Below are positions 39,329 through 48,867 of a stretch of 64,000 bases of DNA, one piece after another; the first letter of the stretch is position 1, and every line of letters starts with the position of its first letter. The translations under genes and the position numbers were made by a program. Below the pieces are notes generated by a model. The model had not been told where the DNA came from. It saw only the letters and a list, made by a program, of their open reading frames with translations, and did not search any database. This DNA comes from Nevskiaceae bacterium (GTDB taxonomy: Bacteria > Pseudomonadota > Gammaproteobacteria > Nevskiales > Nevskiaceae), in assembly GCA_004297005.1 (NCBI GenBank), contig SCVA01000020.1, positions 12,789 through 76,788 on the forward strand, given 5' to 3'.

Positions 39329-40510
39329 ATGGGCATGCCCACACATCTGTCCGCCGCCGAAATCGAAGAGTTTGGCCGCGAGATGGACGCCATCCGCAAC
39401 GAGGTCATGGATTCGCGCGGCGAACGCGACCGCGCCTACATCCTCTCGATCATCCGCTGGCAGCGCAGCCTCGCACTCGGCGGCCGCATCCTGATGTTCC
39501 TGAGCCTGCTGCTGCTCCCCGCGAGCGCGCTGCCCTATGCCGGCTGGCCGCAGTTCCTGGCCGCGCTGGGCCTGGGTGCGGCCATGCTGGGCATCGCCAA
39601 GATCATCGAGAACATGGAGATCGGCCACAACGTCATGCACGCCCAGTGGGACTGGATGCGCGACCCGCAGATCCAGAGCAACACCTGGGAGTGGGACAAC
39701 GTCTGCCCCTCGGATCAGTGGAAGCACAGCCACAACGTCGTCCACCACACCTGGACCAATGTCTTCGGCAAGGATCCGGACATCGGCTATGGCGTGCTGC
39801 GCGTGACCCCGCAGCAGCGCTGGAGGCCGAAGTACCTCGCCAACCCCGTCATCAACTTCTTCCTCAACATCTGGTTCCAGTGGGGCGTGGCCGTCCACGA
39901 CGTGGAGGCCGACAAGATTCTCGAAGGCAAGAAGTCGCTGGCCTCGGTCAAGCCGCTGCTGCGCCGCATCGCCTGGAAGGCCTCGCGCCAGCTGATGAAG
40001 GACTACGTGCTCTGGCCCGCCCTCGGCGCCGCGCTCACCGTGCCGGCCTCGCTCGCTCTCGGCCTGGGACCCGGCAGCATCGCGCTGGCGGCCTTCCTCT
40101 GGATCGTCGGCGGTAACGCCGTCGCCAACCTGATGCGCAATGTCTGGTCAAACGTGATCATTTTCTGCGGCCACTTCCCGACCGGCGTACAGCACTTCAC
40201 CCAGGAGGAAGTCGCGGGAGAAACCCGCGCGCGCTGGTACGTGCGCCAACTGCTCGGAAGCTGCAACATCGGCGGTGGCAAGCTCTTCCACATCCTCAGC
40301 GGCAACCTCAGCCACCAGATCGAGCACCACCTGTTTCCGGACATGCCCAGCAATCGCTATCCGGAAGTCGCACCAAGGGTGCGCGCGCTGGCCCAGCGCT
40401 ACGGCCTGCACTACAACACCGGCTCGCTGACGCGGCAGTTCGGCACCACCACCTGGACGATCTGGCGCCTTGCGCTACCCGGTGGCGGCAGCGTCCACGC
40501 CGCGGCCTAG
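39329..40510 (+). CDS. second membrane fatty-acid desaturase (paralog of 36860-38065)
   Basis: His boxes HNVMHAQWDW, HSHNVVHHTWTN, QIEHHLFP. By-eye similarity to the first desaturase is high across the core. Confidence 0.8.
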   Translation: MGMPTHLSAAEIEEFGREMDAIRNEVMDSRGERDRAYILSIIRWQRSLALGGRILMFLSLLLLPASALPYAGWPQFLAALGLGAAMLGIAKIIENMEIGHNVMHAQWDWMRDPQIQSNTWEWDNVCPSDQWKHSHNVVHHTWTNVFGKDPDIGYGVLRVTPQQRWRPKYLANPVINFFLNIWFQWGVAVHDVEADKILEGKKSLASVKPLLRRIAWKASRQLMKDYVLWPALGAALTVPASLALGLGPGSIALAAFLWIVGGNAVANLMRNVWSNVIIFCGHFPTGVQHFTQEEVAGETRARWYVRQLLGSCNIGGGKLFHILSGNLSHQIEHHLFPDMPSNRYPEVAPRVRALAQRYGLHYNTGSLTRQFGTTTWTIWRLALPGGGSVHAAA

Positions 40511-40532
40511 ACGCGCCCCGGGGTTCTGGAAC

Positions 40533-41573
40533 TCAGCTCACCGCCGCGCGCTGCGCGCGCATCCGAGACGGCGGCACGCCGTAGCGCCGGCAGAAGGCGC
40601 GCGTGAAGGCGCTGGGCTCGGAATAGCCGAGCAGGCTGGCGATGTCGGCCAGCGGCAGTTGCGGCTGCGCCAGATAGGCCATGGCGAGGTCGCAGCGCAC
40701 CTCTTCCACCAGCTCGGAATAGCTGTAGCCGTGCTCGGCAAGGCGACGTTGCAGGGTCCAGCGCGGCAGTCGCAGCAGCTCGGCGACGGTCTCGATGTGC
40801 GGCGCCCCCTCGCTCAGCGAGGCGCGGATCTCGCTGCGCACCCGGTCCATGAAGGCCAGCGCAATCGGCCCGCTGCCGCCACCGACCCGCGTCAGCTCCT
40901 CGCAGAGTCGGGGCAGTTGCGCGAGGTCGCGGCCGGGCATGGCGCGCTGCAGATCGCGGTTGCGGAACACCAGCGCATTGCTGCGGCGTCCGAAGTACAC
41001 CGGCGCGTCGAAGGCACGCTCGTGCTCGCGCCAGTCGCCCGGACGCGGATGCTCGAACTCCACCCGCTCCGGCGCCCAGCCGCGTCCCAGACAGCGGCGC
41101 AGCACATTGGCGAACATGCCTAGGGTTAGCTCGGCATCCTGGCGGCGCTCGACGATATGGCCGTCGAGAATGCGGTACTCCAGGCGTAGCAGACCCTCGG
41201 ACTGGTAGAAGCGGGTCTCGGTGACCTGCTGGTGCAGGTGGAACAAGCGGGCGAGATTGTCGAGCGCGCTACCCAGAGTCGGTGAGGCCAGGGCGATGCG
41301 CCCGATCAGGCCCAGTTGCTCGGGCTCGAACTGCTGGCCGAACCACAGGCCGAAATTGCCATTGCCGGTCTGCGCGGCGGCGGTCTCCATCAGCCGGCAG
41401 TAGGCGCCGAGATCGACTTGCAGGCAGGGATTCTCGATCTGCTGCGGCGCCAGGCCGGCGCGCGACATCAGCGTCAGGGGATCGCTACCCTGCGCGGCGA
41501 TGAAGCGGTCAACACCGTGCGCGGCGGCGGCGAGCACATGGCGCTGGCGTTGATATGGGGTTGCGACGGACAA
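40533..41573 (-). CDS. AraC-family transcriptional regulator (N-terminal ligand-binding domain + C-terminal double HTH)
   Basis: C-terminal IETVAELLRLPRWTLQRRLAEHG...IASLLGYSEPSAFTRAFCRRYGVPPS. Immediately downstream of eutC on the same strand. Confidence 0.8.
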   Translation of the reverse strand: MSVATPYQRQRHVLAAAAHGVDRFIAAQGSDPLTLMSRAGLAPQQIENPCLQVDLGAYCRLMETAAAQTGNGNFGLWFGQQFEPEQLGLIGRIALASPTLGSALDNLARLFHLHQQVTETRFYQSEGLLRLEYRILDGHIVERRQDAELTLGMFANVLRRCLGRGWAPERVEFEHPRPGDWREHERAFDAPVYFGRRSNALVFRNRDLQRAMPGRDLAQLPRLCEELTRVGGGSGPIALAFMDRVRSEIRASLSEGAPHIETVAELLRLPRWTLQRRLAEHGYSYSELVEEVRCDLAMAYLAQPQLPLADIASLLGYSEPSAFTRAFCRRYGVPPSRMRAQRAAVS

Positions 41574-41584
41574 GACCCAGCCTC

Positions 41585-41620
41585 CAAAACCGACGGCCCG
41601 GACGTAACATCGCCGGGCCG
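41585..41620 (-). terminator. possible (partial) terminator/attenuator after eutC
   Basis: CGGCCCGG / 11-nt loop / CCGGGCCG, followed on the minus strand by TCGGTTTTGG. Lies in the 63-nt gap before the AraC gene. Confidence 0.4.
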
Positions 41621-41636
41621 GAACCGGAACTGCGTT

Positions 41637-42419
41637 CTACTCCAAGCAAAGATCGTTCCGCGCCGGCTCGCCGAGAGCCGGCGCGGCATCCACCTTCAGC
41701 TCGACACCGGTGAGCCGGCGCTGACGCGCCTCGGCCATCAGCCAGACCAGGGTGTCGGCGGCCTGCGCATAGGACAGACCATCGGCGTGGATGTTGGAGA
41801 TGCAGTTGCGCTCGGAATCGGCGCGGCCCAGCCTCGGCGCCCAGGTCAGATAGATGCCCAGGCTGTCGGCAATGGAGAGACCAGGACGCTCGCCCACCAG
41901 CACTGCCACCAGGCGCGCGCCCAGCGCTTCGCCGACTTCGTCGCCCAGCGCCACCCGCGCCTGCCGCGCCAGCACCACCGGCGCCAGCTTCCAGTTGGGG
42001 ATGCGCTCCAGCAGCGCCGCGATCAGCGGCGCGGCGTGGGCGTTGACCGCCGCCGCCGAAAGGCCATCGGCCACCACCAGGGCGAGGTCGTAGTCGCCAT
42101 GCAGCGCACTCAGCGCCGGCAGGTCGTCGGCGTGCAGACGGCGCCCCCAGTCCGGGCGGCGCAGATAACTGGCGCGATCCGGCGCGCGCGAGCGCAGCAC
42201 CAGGCTGGGTAGCGGCCGCAGTAGCTCGGCGATGCGCGGGTAGTCCACCACGCCGTGCACGGCGTCTCTAGCGCGGCCGTGCGCACTCTGGAAGTCCAGC
42301 AGCGCCGTGGTTGGCAGCGCGTCGCCGCTGCGGCCCAGGCCGATGCGCGCGCGGGTGGCGACCCGCAGGCCGGCAAAGGGATCGACCGGACCCGATGGCG
42401 GTGGCTTGAGCGCGCTCAT
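41637..42419 (-). CDS. eutC: ethanolamine ammonia-lyase small (light) subunit
   Basis: 260 aa from ATG 42419 (ATGA overlap with the eutB stop). RARIGLGRSGDALPTTALLDFQSAHGRARDAV and VVADGLSAAAV, LVGERPGLS are typical EutC. Confidence 0.88.
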   Translation of the reverse strand: MSALKPPPSGPVDPFAGLRVATRARIGLGRSGDALPTTALLDFQSAHGRARDAVHGVVDYPRIAELLRPLPSLVLRSRAPDRASYLRRPDWGRRLHADDLPALSALHGDYDLALVVADGLSAAAVNAHAAPLIAALLERIPNWKLAPVVLARQARVALGDEVGEALGARLVAVLVGERPGLSIADSLGIYLTWAPRLGRADSERNCISNIHADGLSYAQAADTLVWLMAEARQRRLTGVELKVDAAPALGEPARNDLCLE

Positions 42420-43813
42420 CGCGGCAGCCCCTCCAGAGCCAGCAACTGACGCAGCGCACGGCTGTCGGCACCCGGCGGCGGCAGCCGGCCCCGCTCGTCG
42501 AGCAGACCCATGCGCGCCAGCCAGGCCTCGAACTCCGGCGCCGGCCTGAGCCGCATCAGATGCCGGGTCGCCACCACGTCGTGGTAGGACAGACTCTGGT
42601 AGCTGAGCATCACATCGTCGGCGCCCGGCACCGCGATGACGAAGTTGACGCCCGCGGTCGCCAGCAGCACCAGCAGCGTGTCCATGTCGTCCTGATCGGC
42701 CTCGGCATGGTTGGTGTAGCAGACGTCCACGCCCATCGGCAGGCCCAGCAGCTTGCCGCAGCAATGGTCCTCCAGGCCGGCGCGGATGATCTGCTTGGCG
42801 TCGTAGAGGTATTCCGGGCCGATGAAGCCGACCACGGTGTTGACCAAGAGCGGCTTGAACTCGCGCGCCACCGCGTAGGCGCGCACCTCCATGGTCTGCT
42901 GATCGACGCCGTGATGGGCATTGGCGGACAGCGCCGAACCCTGGCCAGTCTCGAAGTACATGCAGTGCTCGCCGACCGTGCCGCGCTTCAGGCTCAGCGC
43001 CGCCGCATGGGCCTCGCGCAGCAACGCCAGGTCGATGCCGAAACCGCGGTTGGCGCCCTCGCTGCCGGCGATGGACTGGAACACCAGATCCAGCGGCGCG
43101 CCGCGCTCCATCGCCCGCAGGCTGGTGGTGACATGCGCCAGCACGCAGGACTGGGTGGGAATCTCGAAGCGCTGGCGCAGCGCGTCGAACATCTCCAGCA
43201 GGCGGATGCAGTCCGGCACGCTGTCGGTCGCCGGGTTGAGGCCGATCACCGCGTCGCCGGCGCCGAACAGCAGGCCGTCGAGGGTGGAGGCGGCGATGCC
43301 CAGGGGATCGTCGGTGGGATGATTGGGTTGCAGCCGGCAAGCCAGGCGGCCGGGCAGGCCCAGGGTGCTGCGGAAGGCGGTCACCACCCGGCACTTGGCG
43401 GCGACCGCGATCAGATCCTGGTTGCGCATCAGCTTGGATACCGCCGCCACCATCTCCGGCGTCAGCCCGGGCGCCAGCGCGCTCAGCGCCTCGGTCGTCG
43501 CTTCGTACGAAAGCAGCCAGTCGCGGAAGCCACCGACGGTGAGATGTGCGACCGGCGCGAAGGCGGCGGCCTCGTGGCGGTCGACGATCAGCCGTGTCAC
43601 CTCGTCGTCCTCGTAGGGGATCAACGCCTCGGTGAGAAACGTACGCAGCGGCAGCTCGGCGAGCGCGTAGCGCGCGGCCATGCGGCGCTCGTCGCTGTCG
43701 GCGGCCAGGCCCGCCAGCTCGTCGCCGGAGCGGCGCGGCGAGGCGCAGGCCAGCAAGGTCTTCAGGTCATCGTAGCGATGACGCTGCACCCCGAGGTCGT
43801 GGTGATAGGCCAC
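42416..43813 (-). CDS. eutB: ethanolamine ammonia-lyase large (heavy) subunit
   Basis: 465 aa. ...YRFRDLKTLLA-like N-terminus (HRYDDLKTLLACASPRRSGDELAGLAA), ...NHPTDDP..., GADDVMLSYQSLSYHD. Confidence 0.92.
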   Translation of the reverse strand: MAYHHDLGVQRHRYDDLKTLLACASPRRSGDELAGLAADSDERRMAARYALAELPLRTFLTEALIPYEDDEVTRLIVDRHEAAAFAPVAHLTVGGFRDWLLSYEATTEALSALAPGLTPEMVAAVSKLMRNQDLIAVAAKCRVVTAFRSTLGLPGRLACRLQPNHPTDDPLGIAASTLDGLLFGAGDAVIGLNPATDSVPDCIRLLEMFDALRQRFEIPTQSCVLAHVTTSLRAMERGAPLDLVFQSIAGSEGANRGFGIDLALLREAHAAALSLKRGTVGEHCMYFETGQGSALSANAHHGVDQQTMEVRAYAVAREFKPLLVNTVVGFIGPEYLYDAKQIIRAGLEDHCCGKLLGLPMGVDVCYTNHAEADQDDMDTLLVLLATAGVNFVIAVPGADDVMLSYQSLSYHDVVATRHLMRLRPAPEFEAWLARMGLLDERGRLPPPGADSRALRQLLALEGLPR

Positions 43814-43816
43814 GGC

Positions 43817-44473
43817 TTAGCCGCGCAGGCTGATCGCCCGCCAGCCGCGCTTGGCGGCCTCGGCGCTCAGTACCGGGTCGGCGTCCACCGCCACCGCCTC
43901 GTCGGCCATCTCCAGCAACGGAATGTCGTTGCGGGAATCGCTGTAGGCGATGGTGCTGGTGTAGGCCTGCGGCTGCTGCGCCAGCCATTGCCGCAGTCGC
44001 GTCACCTTGCCACCCTGAAAGTTGGGCAGGCCGGCGACCCGGCCGGTGTAGCGGCCATCGACCATCTCCACTTCGGTCGCGATCAGATGCTCCACGCCCA
44101 GCAGTTCGGCAATCGGCTCGGTGACGAAGCGGTTGGTGGCGCTGGTGATGAGCAGGGTGGCGCCCTCGGCGCGGTGGCGCGCCAGCAGCTCCGGCGCCTT
44201 CGGCGCGACGATGGGCGCGATGCGCTCGGCGATGAATTGCCGGCGCCAGGCGTAGAGCGTCTCGGGATCCTGCGCCGCCAGCGGCCGCAGGCTGAAGGCG
44301 CAGAACTCCAGCATGTCCAGGGTGCCGGCCAGGTATTGCTGGTAGTAGGCCTGGTTGGTGGCCTCGTACTCGGCGCGGTCGACATGGCCCTCGTCGCACA
44401 GGAACTGCCCCCAGAGGAAGTCGCTGTCGTCGGTCAGCAGGGTGTGGTCGAGGTCGAAGATGGCGAGGCGCAT
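43817..44473 (-). CDS. HAD-superfamily subfamily IB hydrolase (SerB-like phosphatase), cytoplasmic
   Basis: Motif I LAIFDLDHTLL, motif II LITSATN, motif III/IV GGKVTRL..YSDSRNDIPLLE. Start at ATG 44473. Stop lies 3 nt before the eutB start. Confidence 0.8.
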   Translation of the reverse strand: MRLAIFDLDHTLLTDDSDFLWGQFLCDEGHVDRAEYEATNQAYYQQYLAGTLDMLEFCAFSLRPLAAQDPETLYAWRRQFIAERIAPIVAPKAPELLARHRAEGATLLITSATNRFVTEPIAELLGVEHLIATEVEMVDGRYTGRVAGLPNFQGGKVTRLRQWLAQQPQAYTSTIAYSDSRNDIPLLEMADEAVAVDADPVLSAEAAKRGWRAISLRG

Positions 44474-44519
44474 GAGCGGAGCGGGAGTAATACGGTTCGG
44501 AGGCGAGCGATGCGGAGCT

Positions 44520-46670
44520 TCAGACACCCATGGCCGGGTCGCTGACCGAGGCCGCGCCGGTTTCGACCCGGCCGGCGTAGCGACGGCTATAGCCACTGCT
44601 GTCGCCTTCGACGGTCACCGTGAAGTCGTACCAGTGGAAGCTGTCGGCCAGCGACCAGGCGTGGTCGGCGCTGCCATAGCCAGGCAGCCGCAGACGTGCC
44701 GGGCCGCTGCTGAAGTAGGCATTGGGCGTGATAACCAGGGTCTTCGCCTCCTTGGAAGGATTGCGGGTCTGCAGGTAGACGTCGCCATTGGCGGCGTCGT
44801 AACAGACACGGATTTCCGGCGTCGGCGCCTGCGTCGAGGCCTTGCCGGTGAAATGCCGGTGCCAGCCATTGTGGCTCAACACCCAGAGATCGTAGGCGCC
44901 ACCGTCTTCGGCGAGGTCCCAGGTGTCGTCCAGCATCTTGCCGGCCTCGATGCCGTAGCGACGCGGATTGCGGTCCAGATGCAGACGGTCGTAGACGTGG
45001 AACACTGCGCCGGCGCTGCCGGTGTTGGCCAGCAGCAGCTTCAGGCGGCGGTCGGCGTGATCGACCTCGGCGGTCACATGCAGCTCGTAAGGCAGCGCAC
45101 AGGAGGGCTTCACGCCCAGCTCCTGCACCGGATAGGCCTGGCTGGCCTCGTCCGGCACCGCCACCTGCGACTGGATCTCCTGGCTGTAGCGGATCAGATC
45201 GGCGCTCAGCTTGGTCTGCAAGGGCAGGCTGTCGCCGCTGTCGTCATTGGGATTGACGAAGTTGAAGCAGCCCATCAGATCGCCAGAGAAGGTCTTGCGC
45301 CAGGCGCTGATATTGGGCTCGGCGACCCCGAAGCGCTGTTCCAGAAAGCGCAGCACCGAGGTGTGGTCATAGGCCTGCGAGTTCACCCAGCCGCCGCGAC
45401 TCCAGGGCGAGATCACGTACATCGGCACCCGCGGGCCGGGGCCGAACACATGCTGGTGGTACTGCTCGCCGATGTAGTACTCGCTGGCGATGTCCGCGAG
45501 CGTGCTCTTGCCGGCCAGGCTGCCGTCGGCGTTCAGCGAGGGCGCGGCATGCGGCGGTACATGGTCGAAGAAGCCGTCGTTCTCGTCGAAGCAGACCAGG
45601 AGCACGGTCTTGGCGAAGACATCCGGGTTGGCGGTGAGGGCGTTGAGCACCTCCTGGGTGTACCAGGCGCCCTGCACCGGGCTGGATGGCCCCGGGTGCT
45701 CGGAGTAGTTGGCCGGCGCCACCACCCAGGACACCTGCGGCAGGCTGCCGGCCAGCACCTCCGCGGCGAAATCCATCAGCATCAGCGGATTCAGCATGTT
45801 GCCGTTGGGCATGGTGTTGGAGCAGCCCTTGTACAGCGGGATGTCGCCGTGCAGCGCCTCGGTGTAGGTGATATAGGGAAACCCTTCGCTGGTGTTGCCG
45901 GCCGCCTCGTTGGCGACCCGGTACTGCTTGAACCCATGCAACGGATTGTCGGTGAAGTTGTCCGGCAGGTTCTGGTAGACCTTCCAGCTCACCCCGGCCT
46001 CTTCCAGCCGCTCTGGATAGGTTGTCCACTCGTAGCCCTCGCTGGAGGCGCCCATCGAGTCCCAGGTGTTGTCGATGGCCGGGCCACCACCGACGCCAGT
46101 GGGGTTGTTGGTGCCGGTCCAGTAGAACAGGCGATTGGTGTTGGTGCCGCCCTGGAAGGCACAGTGGTAGTCGTCGCAGAGCGTGAAGGCATTGGCCAGC
46201 GCGAACTGAAACTCCAGCTCCGCCTGCTTGTAGTAGCCCATCGACTGCGGCTGCTTGTAGGTGGGCCACTGGTCGATGCGGCCGTTGTTCCAGGCCGGCT
46301 GGGCATTGTCCCAGCCGTGCGGGGTACCCTCGACGCGCTGGGCGTTGCCGGCGCTGCTGTCCAGGTGGTAGGGCATGATGACGCGGCTGCCGCCATCCAC
46401 CGCGTAGGTCTGCTCCCAGACCTTGCGCCCGCCCGGCAGCGGAATGCCGAAGCGGTCGCCGAAGCCGCGCACGCCGGCCATGGTGCCGAAGTAGTGATCG
46501 AAGCTGCGGTTCTCCTGAATCAGGATCACCACATGCTCGACATCCATGATGGTCCCCGACTTGTTGTTGGCCGGGATCGCCAGGGCGTCGCGGATGCATT
46601 GCGGCATCAGTGAGGCAGCGGCGCTGCTGCCCGCGAGCTTCAGGAAGCGGCGGCGGTCGAGTGTGCTCAC
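44520..46670 (-). CDS. Tat-exported phosphocholine-type (non-haemolytic/PlcN-PlcH family) phospholipase C, copy A
   Basis: Twin-arginine signal MSTLDRRRFLKLAGSSAAA. Phosphoesterase core VEHVVILIQENRSFDHYFG..GVRGFGD. Two C-terminal DUF756-like repeats. 716 aa. Confidence 0.88.
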   Translation of the reverse strand: MSTLDRRRFLKLAGSSAAASLMPQCIRDALAIPANNKSGTIMDVEHVVILIQENRSFDHYFGTMAGVRGFGDRFGIPLPGGRKVWEQTYAVDGGSRVIMPYHLDSSAGNAQRVEGTPHGWDNAQPAWNNGRIDQWPTYKQPQSMGYYKQAELEFQFALANAFTLCDDYHCAFQGGTNTNRLFYWTGTNNPTGVGGGPAIDNTWDSMGASSEGYEWTTYPERLEEAGVSWKVYQNLPDNFTDNPLHGFKQYRVANEAAGNTSEGFPYITYTEALHGDIPLYKGCSNTMPNGNMLNPLMLMDFAAEVLAGSLPQVSWVVAPANYSEHPGPSSPVQGAWYTQEVLNALTANPDVFAKTVLLVCFDENDGFFDHVPPHAAPSLNADGSLAGKSTLADIASEYYIGEQYHQHVFGPGPRVPMYVISPWSRGGWVNSQAYDHTSVLRFLEQRFGVAEPNISAWRKTFSGDLMGCFNFVNPNDDSGDSLPLQTKLSADLIRYSQEIQSQVAVPDEASQAYPVQELGVKPSCALPYELHVTAEVDHADRRLKLLLANTGSAGAVFHVYDRLHLDRNPRRYGIEAGKMLDDTWDLAEDGGAYDLWVLSHNGWHRHFTGKASTQAPTPEIRVCYDAANGDVYLQTRNPSKEAKTLVITPNAYFSSGPARLRLPGYGSADHAWSLADSFHWYDFTVTVEGDSSGYSRRYAGRVETGAASVSDPAMGV

Positions 46671-46702
46671 GGAAGTCTTTCTCTAAAGAGTGGAAAAGAG
46701 GT

Positions 46703-48859
46703 TCAGCCCAAGCCCATGGCCGGGTCGCTGAGGAGGGGCTCGCCGGTTTCGACACGGCCGGCGAAGCGGCGGCTGTAGCCGCTGTCGTCGCCCTCGATGG
46801 TCACCGTGAAGTCGTACCAGTTGCTGCTGCTCTCCAGCGACCAGCCGTGGTCGGCGGCGCCGTAGGGCCGCAGGTAGAGGCTCCAGGGGCCATCGCCGAA
46901 GTAGGCGTTGGCGCTGATCTTCAGCGTGCGCGCGGTGGCGCTGTCGTTCTTGGTCTGAACATAGACGCCGCCGTTGGCGATGTCGTAGCAGACCCGCAGC
47001 TCCGGCAGCGGCTCGGCCTGCGCGAACAAATTGCCGGTGAAGTGCCGGTGCCAGCCGTTGTGGCTCAGCACCCAGAGATCGTAGGCGCCGCCATCGGCAT
47101 TGAGATCCCAGTGATCGTCGAGCAGCTTGCCGGCCTCGACGCCGTAGCGGCGCGGGTTGCGGTCCAGATGCAGGCGGTCGTACACATGGAACACCGCGCC
47201 GGCAGCGCCGGTGTTGGCGAAGACCAGGCGCAGGCGGCCGGTCCTGGCGTCCAGCTCGGCGCTGGCGTGCAGCTCGTAGGGCAGCGCCCGTGACAGCCTC
47301 ACCCCGGTTTCCTGCACCGGGAAGCTCTGCTCGCTCTCCGAGGGCACTGCCACCGGCAGCATCAGTGACTGCGTGAGCGTGACGGTATCGACGCCGAGCT
47401 TGGTCAGCGCCGGCAGCTCGGCGCTGTTGTCGTTGTTGGGGTCGACGAAGTTGAAGCAACCGGTGAGATCACCGCAGAACGCCCGGCGCCAGGGCCCGAT
47501 GTTGGGCTCGGCCACGCCGAAACGGCGTTCCAGGAATTGCAGCACCGAGGTGTGATCGAAACTCTGGCTGCACACCCAGCCGCCACGGCTCCAGGGCGAG
47601 ATCAGCATCATCGGCACGCGCGGGCCGGGACCAAAGGCGTGGTTCTTGTACTCGTCGCCGATGTAGTACTCGCTGGAGGCATCCGCGAGCGTGCTCTTGC
47701 CGGCCAGCGTGCCGTCGTCGTTGAACGAGGGCGCGCAGGGCGGCGGCAGGTGGTCGAAGAAGCCGTCGTTCTCGTCGAAGTTGACGATCAGCACGGTCTT
47801 GGCGAAGACCTCCGGGTCGGCGGTGAGCGCGTTCAGCACCTCCTGCACATACCAGGCGCCCTGCACCGGACTCGAAGGCCCTGGATGCTCGGAGTAGAAG
47901 GCCGGCGCGATCACCCAGGACACCTGCGGCAGCTTGCCGGCGGTGATGTCGGCGGCGAAGTCGGTGAGCATGTTCGGGTTCAGCGCGTTGCCATTCGGCA
48001 GCGTATTGGCGACGCCCTTGTAGAGCGGATTGCTGGCGTCCTGCGCCTCGTCGTAGGCGGGGTACGGAAAGCCATTGCTGCTGTTGCCGGCCGCCTCATT
48101 GGCGGCGCGGTACTGCTTGAAGCCGGCCAGCGGGTTGTCGGTGAAGTTGTCCGGCAGGTTCTGGTAGACCTTCCAGCTCACCCCGGCGGCCTGGAGGCGC
48201 TCGGGATAGGTGGTCCAACTGTAGCCGCTGCTGCTGGCGTCCAGCGAGTCGTTGGCATTGCTGATAGCCGGGCCGCCGCCGGCACCGCTGTGGTCGTTGG
48301 TTCCGGTCCAGTGGAAGATGCGGTTGGGATTGGTGCCGGCGTGGATCGCGGCGTGGTAGTGGTCGCAGACCGTGAAGGCATTGGCGAGCGCAAACTGGAA
48401 CTCGACCTCGGCCTCCTTGTAGTAGCCCATCGACTGCTCGGTCTTGTAGGTGGGCCACTGGTCCATGCGGCCGTTGTTCCAGGCCGGCTGCGCGTCGCTC
48501 CAGGTGTGCGGCAGCGCGGTGAACTGGGCCACCCGCAGGGCATTGCCCTTGCTCTTGTCCAGGTGGTAGGGCATCAGCGTGCGCGAGCTACCGTTGGCGG
48601 TATAGGTCTGCTCCCAGACCTTGAGTCCACCCGGCAACGGGATGGTGAAACGGTCGCCGAAGCCGCGCACCCCGGCGAGGGTGCCGAAGTAGTGGTCGAA
48701 GGCGCGGTTCTCCTGCATCAGGATCACCACGTGCTCGACATCCTGGATGGTCCCGGACTTGTTGTTGGCGGGGATCGCCAGGGCGTCTCGGATGCACTGC
48801 GGCATCAGCGAGGCGGCAGCGGTGCTGCCGGCCAGTTGCAGGAAGCGGCGACGGTCCAT
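46703..48859 (-). CDS. Tat-exported phospholipase C, copy B (tandem paralog)
   Basis: MDRRRFLQLAGSTAAA, VEHVVILMQENRAFDHYFG. Collinear with copy A along its whole length. 718 aa. Confidence 0.88.
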   Translation of the reverse strand: MDRRRFLQLAGSTAAASLMPQCIRDALAIPANNKSGTIQDVEHVVILMQENRAFDHYFGTLAGVRGFGDRFTIPLPGGLKVWEQTYTANGSSRTLMPYHLDKSKGNALRVAQFTALPHTWSDAQPAWNNGRMDQWPTYKTEQSMGYYKEAEVEFQFALANAFTVCDHYHAAIHAGTNPNRIFHWTGTNDHSGAGGGPAISNANDSLDASSSGYSWTTYPERLQAAGVSWKVYQNLPDNFTDNPLAGFKQYRAANEAAGNSSNGFPYPAYDEAQDASNPLYKGVANTLPNGNALNPNMLTDFAADITAGKLPQVSWVIAPAFYSEHPGPSSPVQGAWYVQEVLNALTADPEVFAKTVLIVNFDENDGFFDHLPPPCAPSFNDDGTLAGKSTLADASSEYYIGDEYKNHAFGPGPRVPMMLISPWSRGGWVCSQSFDHTSVLQFLERRFGVAEPNIGPWRRAFCGDLTGCFNFVDPNNDNSAELPALTKLGVDTVTLTQSLMLPVAVPSESEQSFPVQETGVRLSRALPYELHASAELDARTGRLRLVFANTGAAGAVFHVYDRLHLDRNPRRYGVEAGKLLDDHWDLNADGGAYDLWVLSHNGWHRHFTGNLFAQAEPLPELRVCYDIANGGVYVQTKNDSATARTLKISANAYFGDGPWSLYLRPYGAADHGWSLESSSNWYDFTVTIEGDDSGYSRRFAGRVETGEPLLSDPAMGLG

Positions 48860-48867
48860 GGCGGGTC

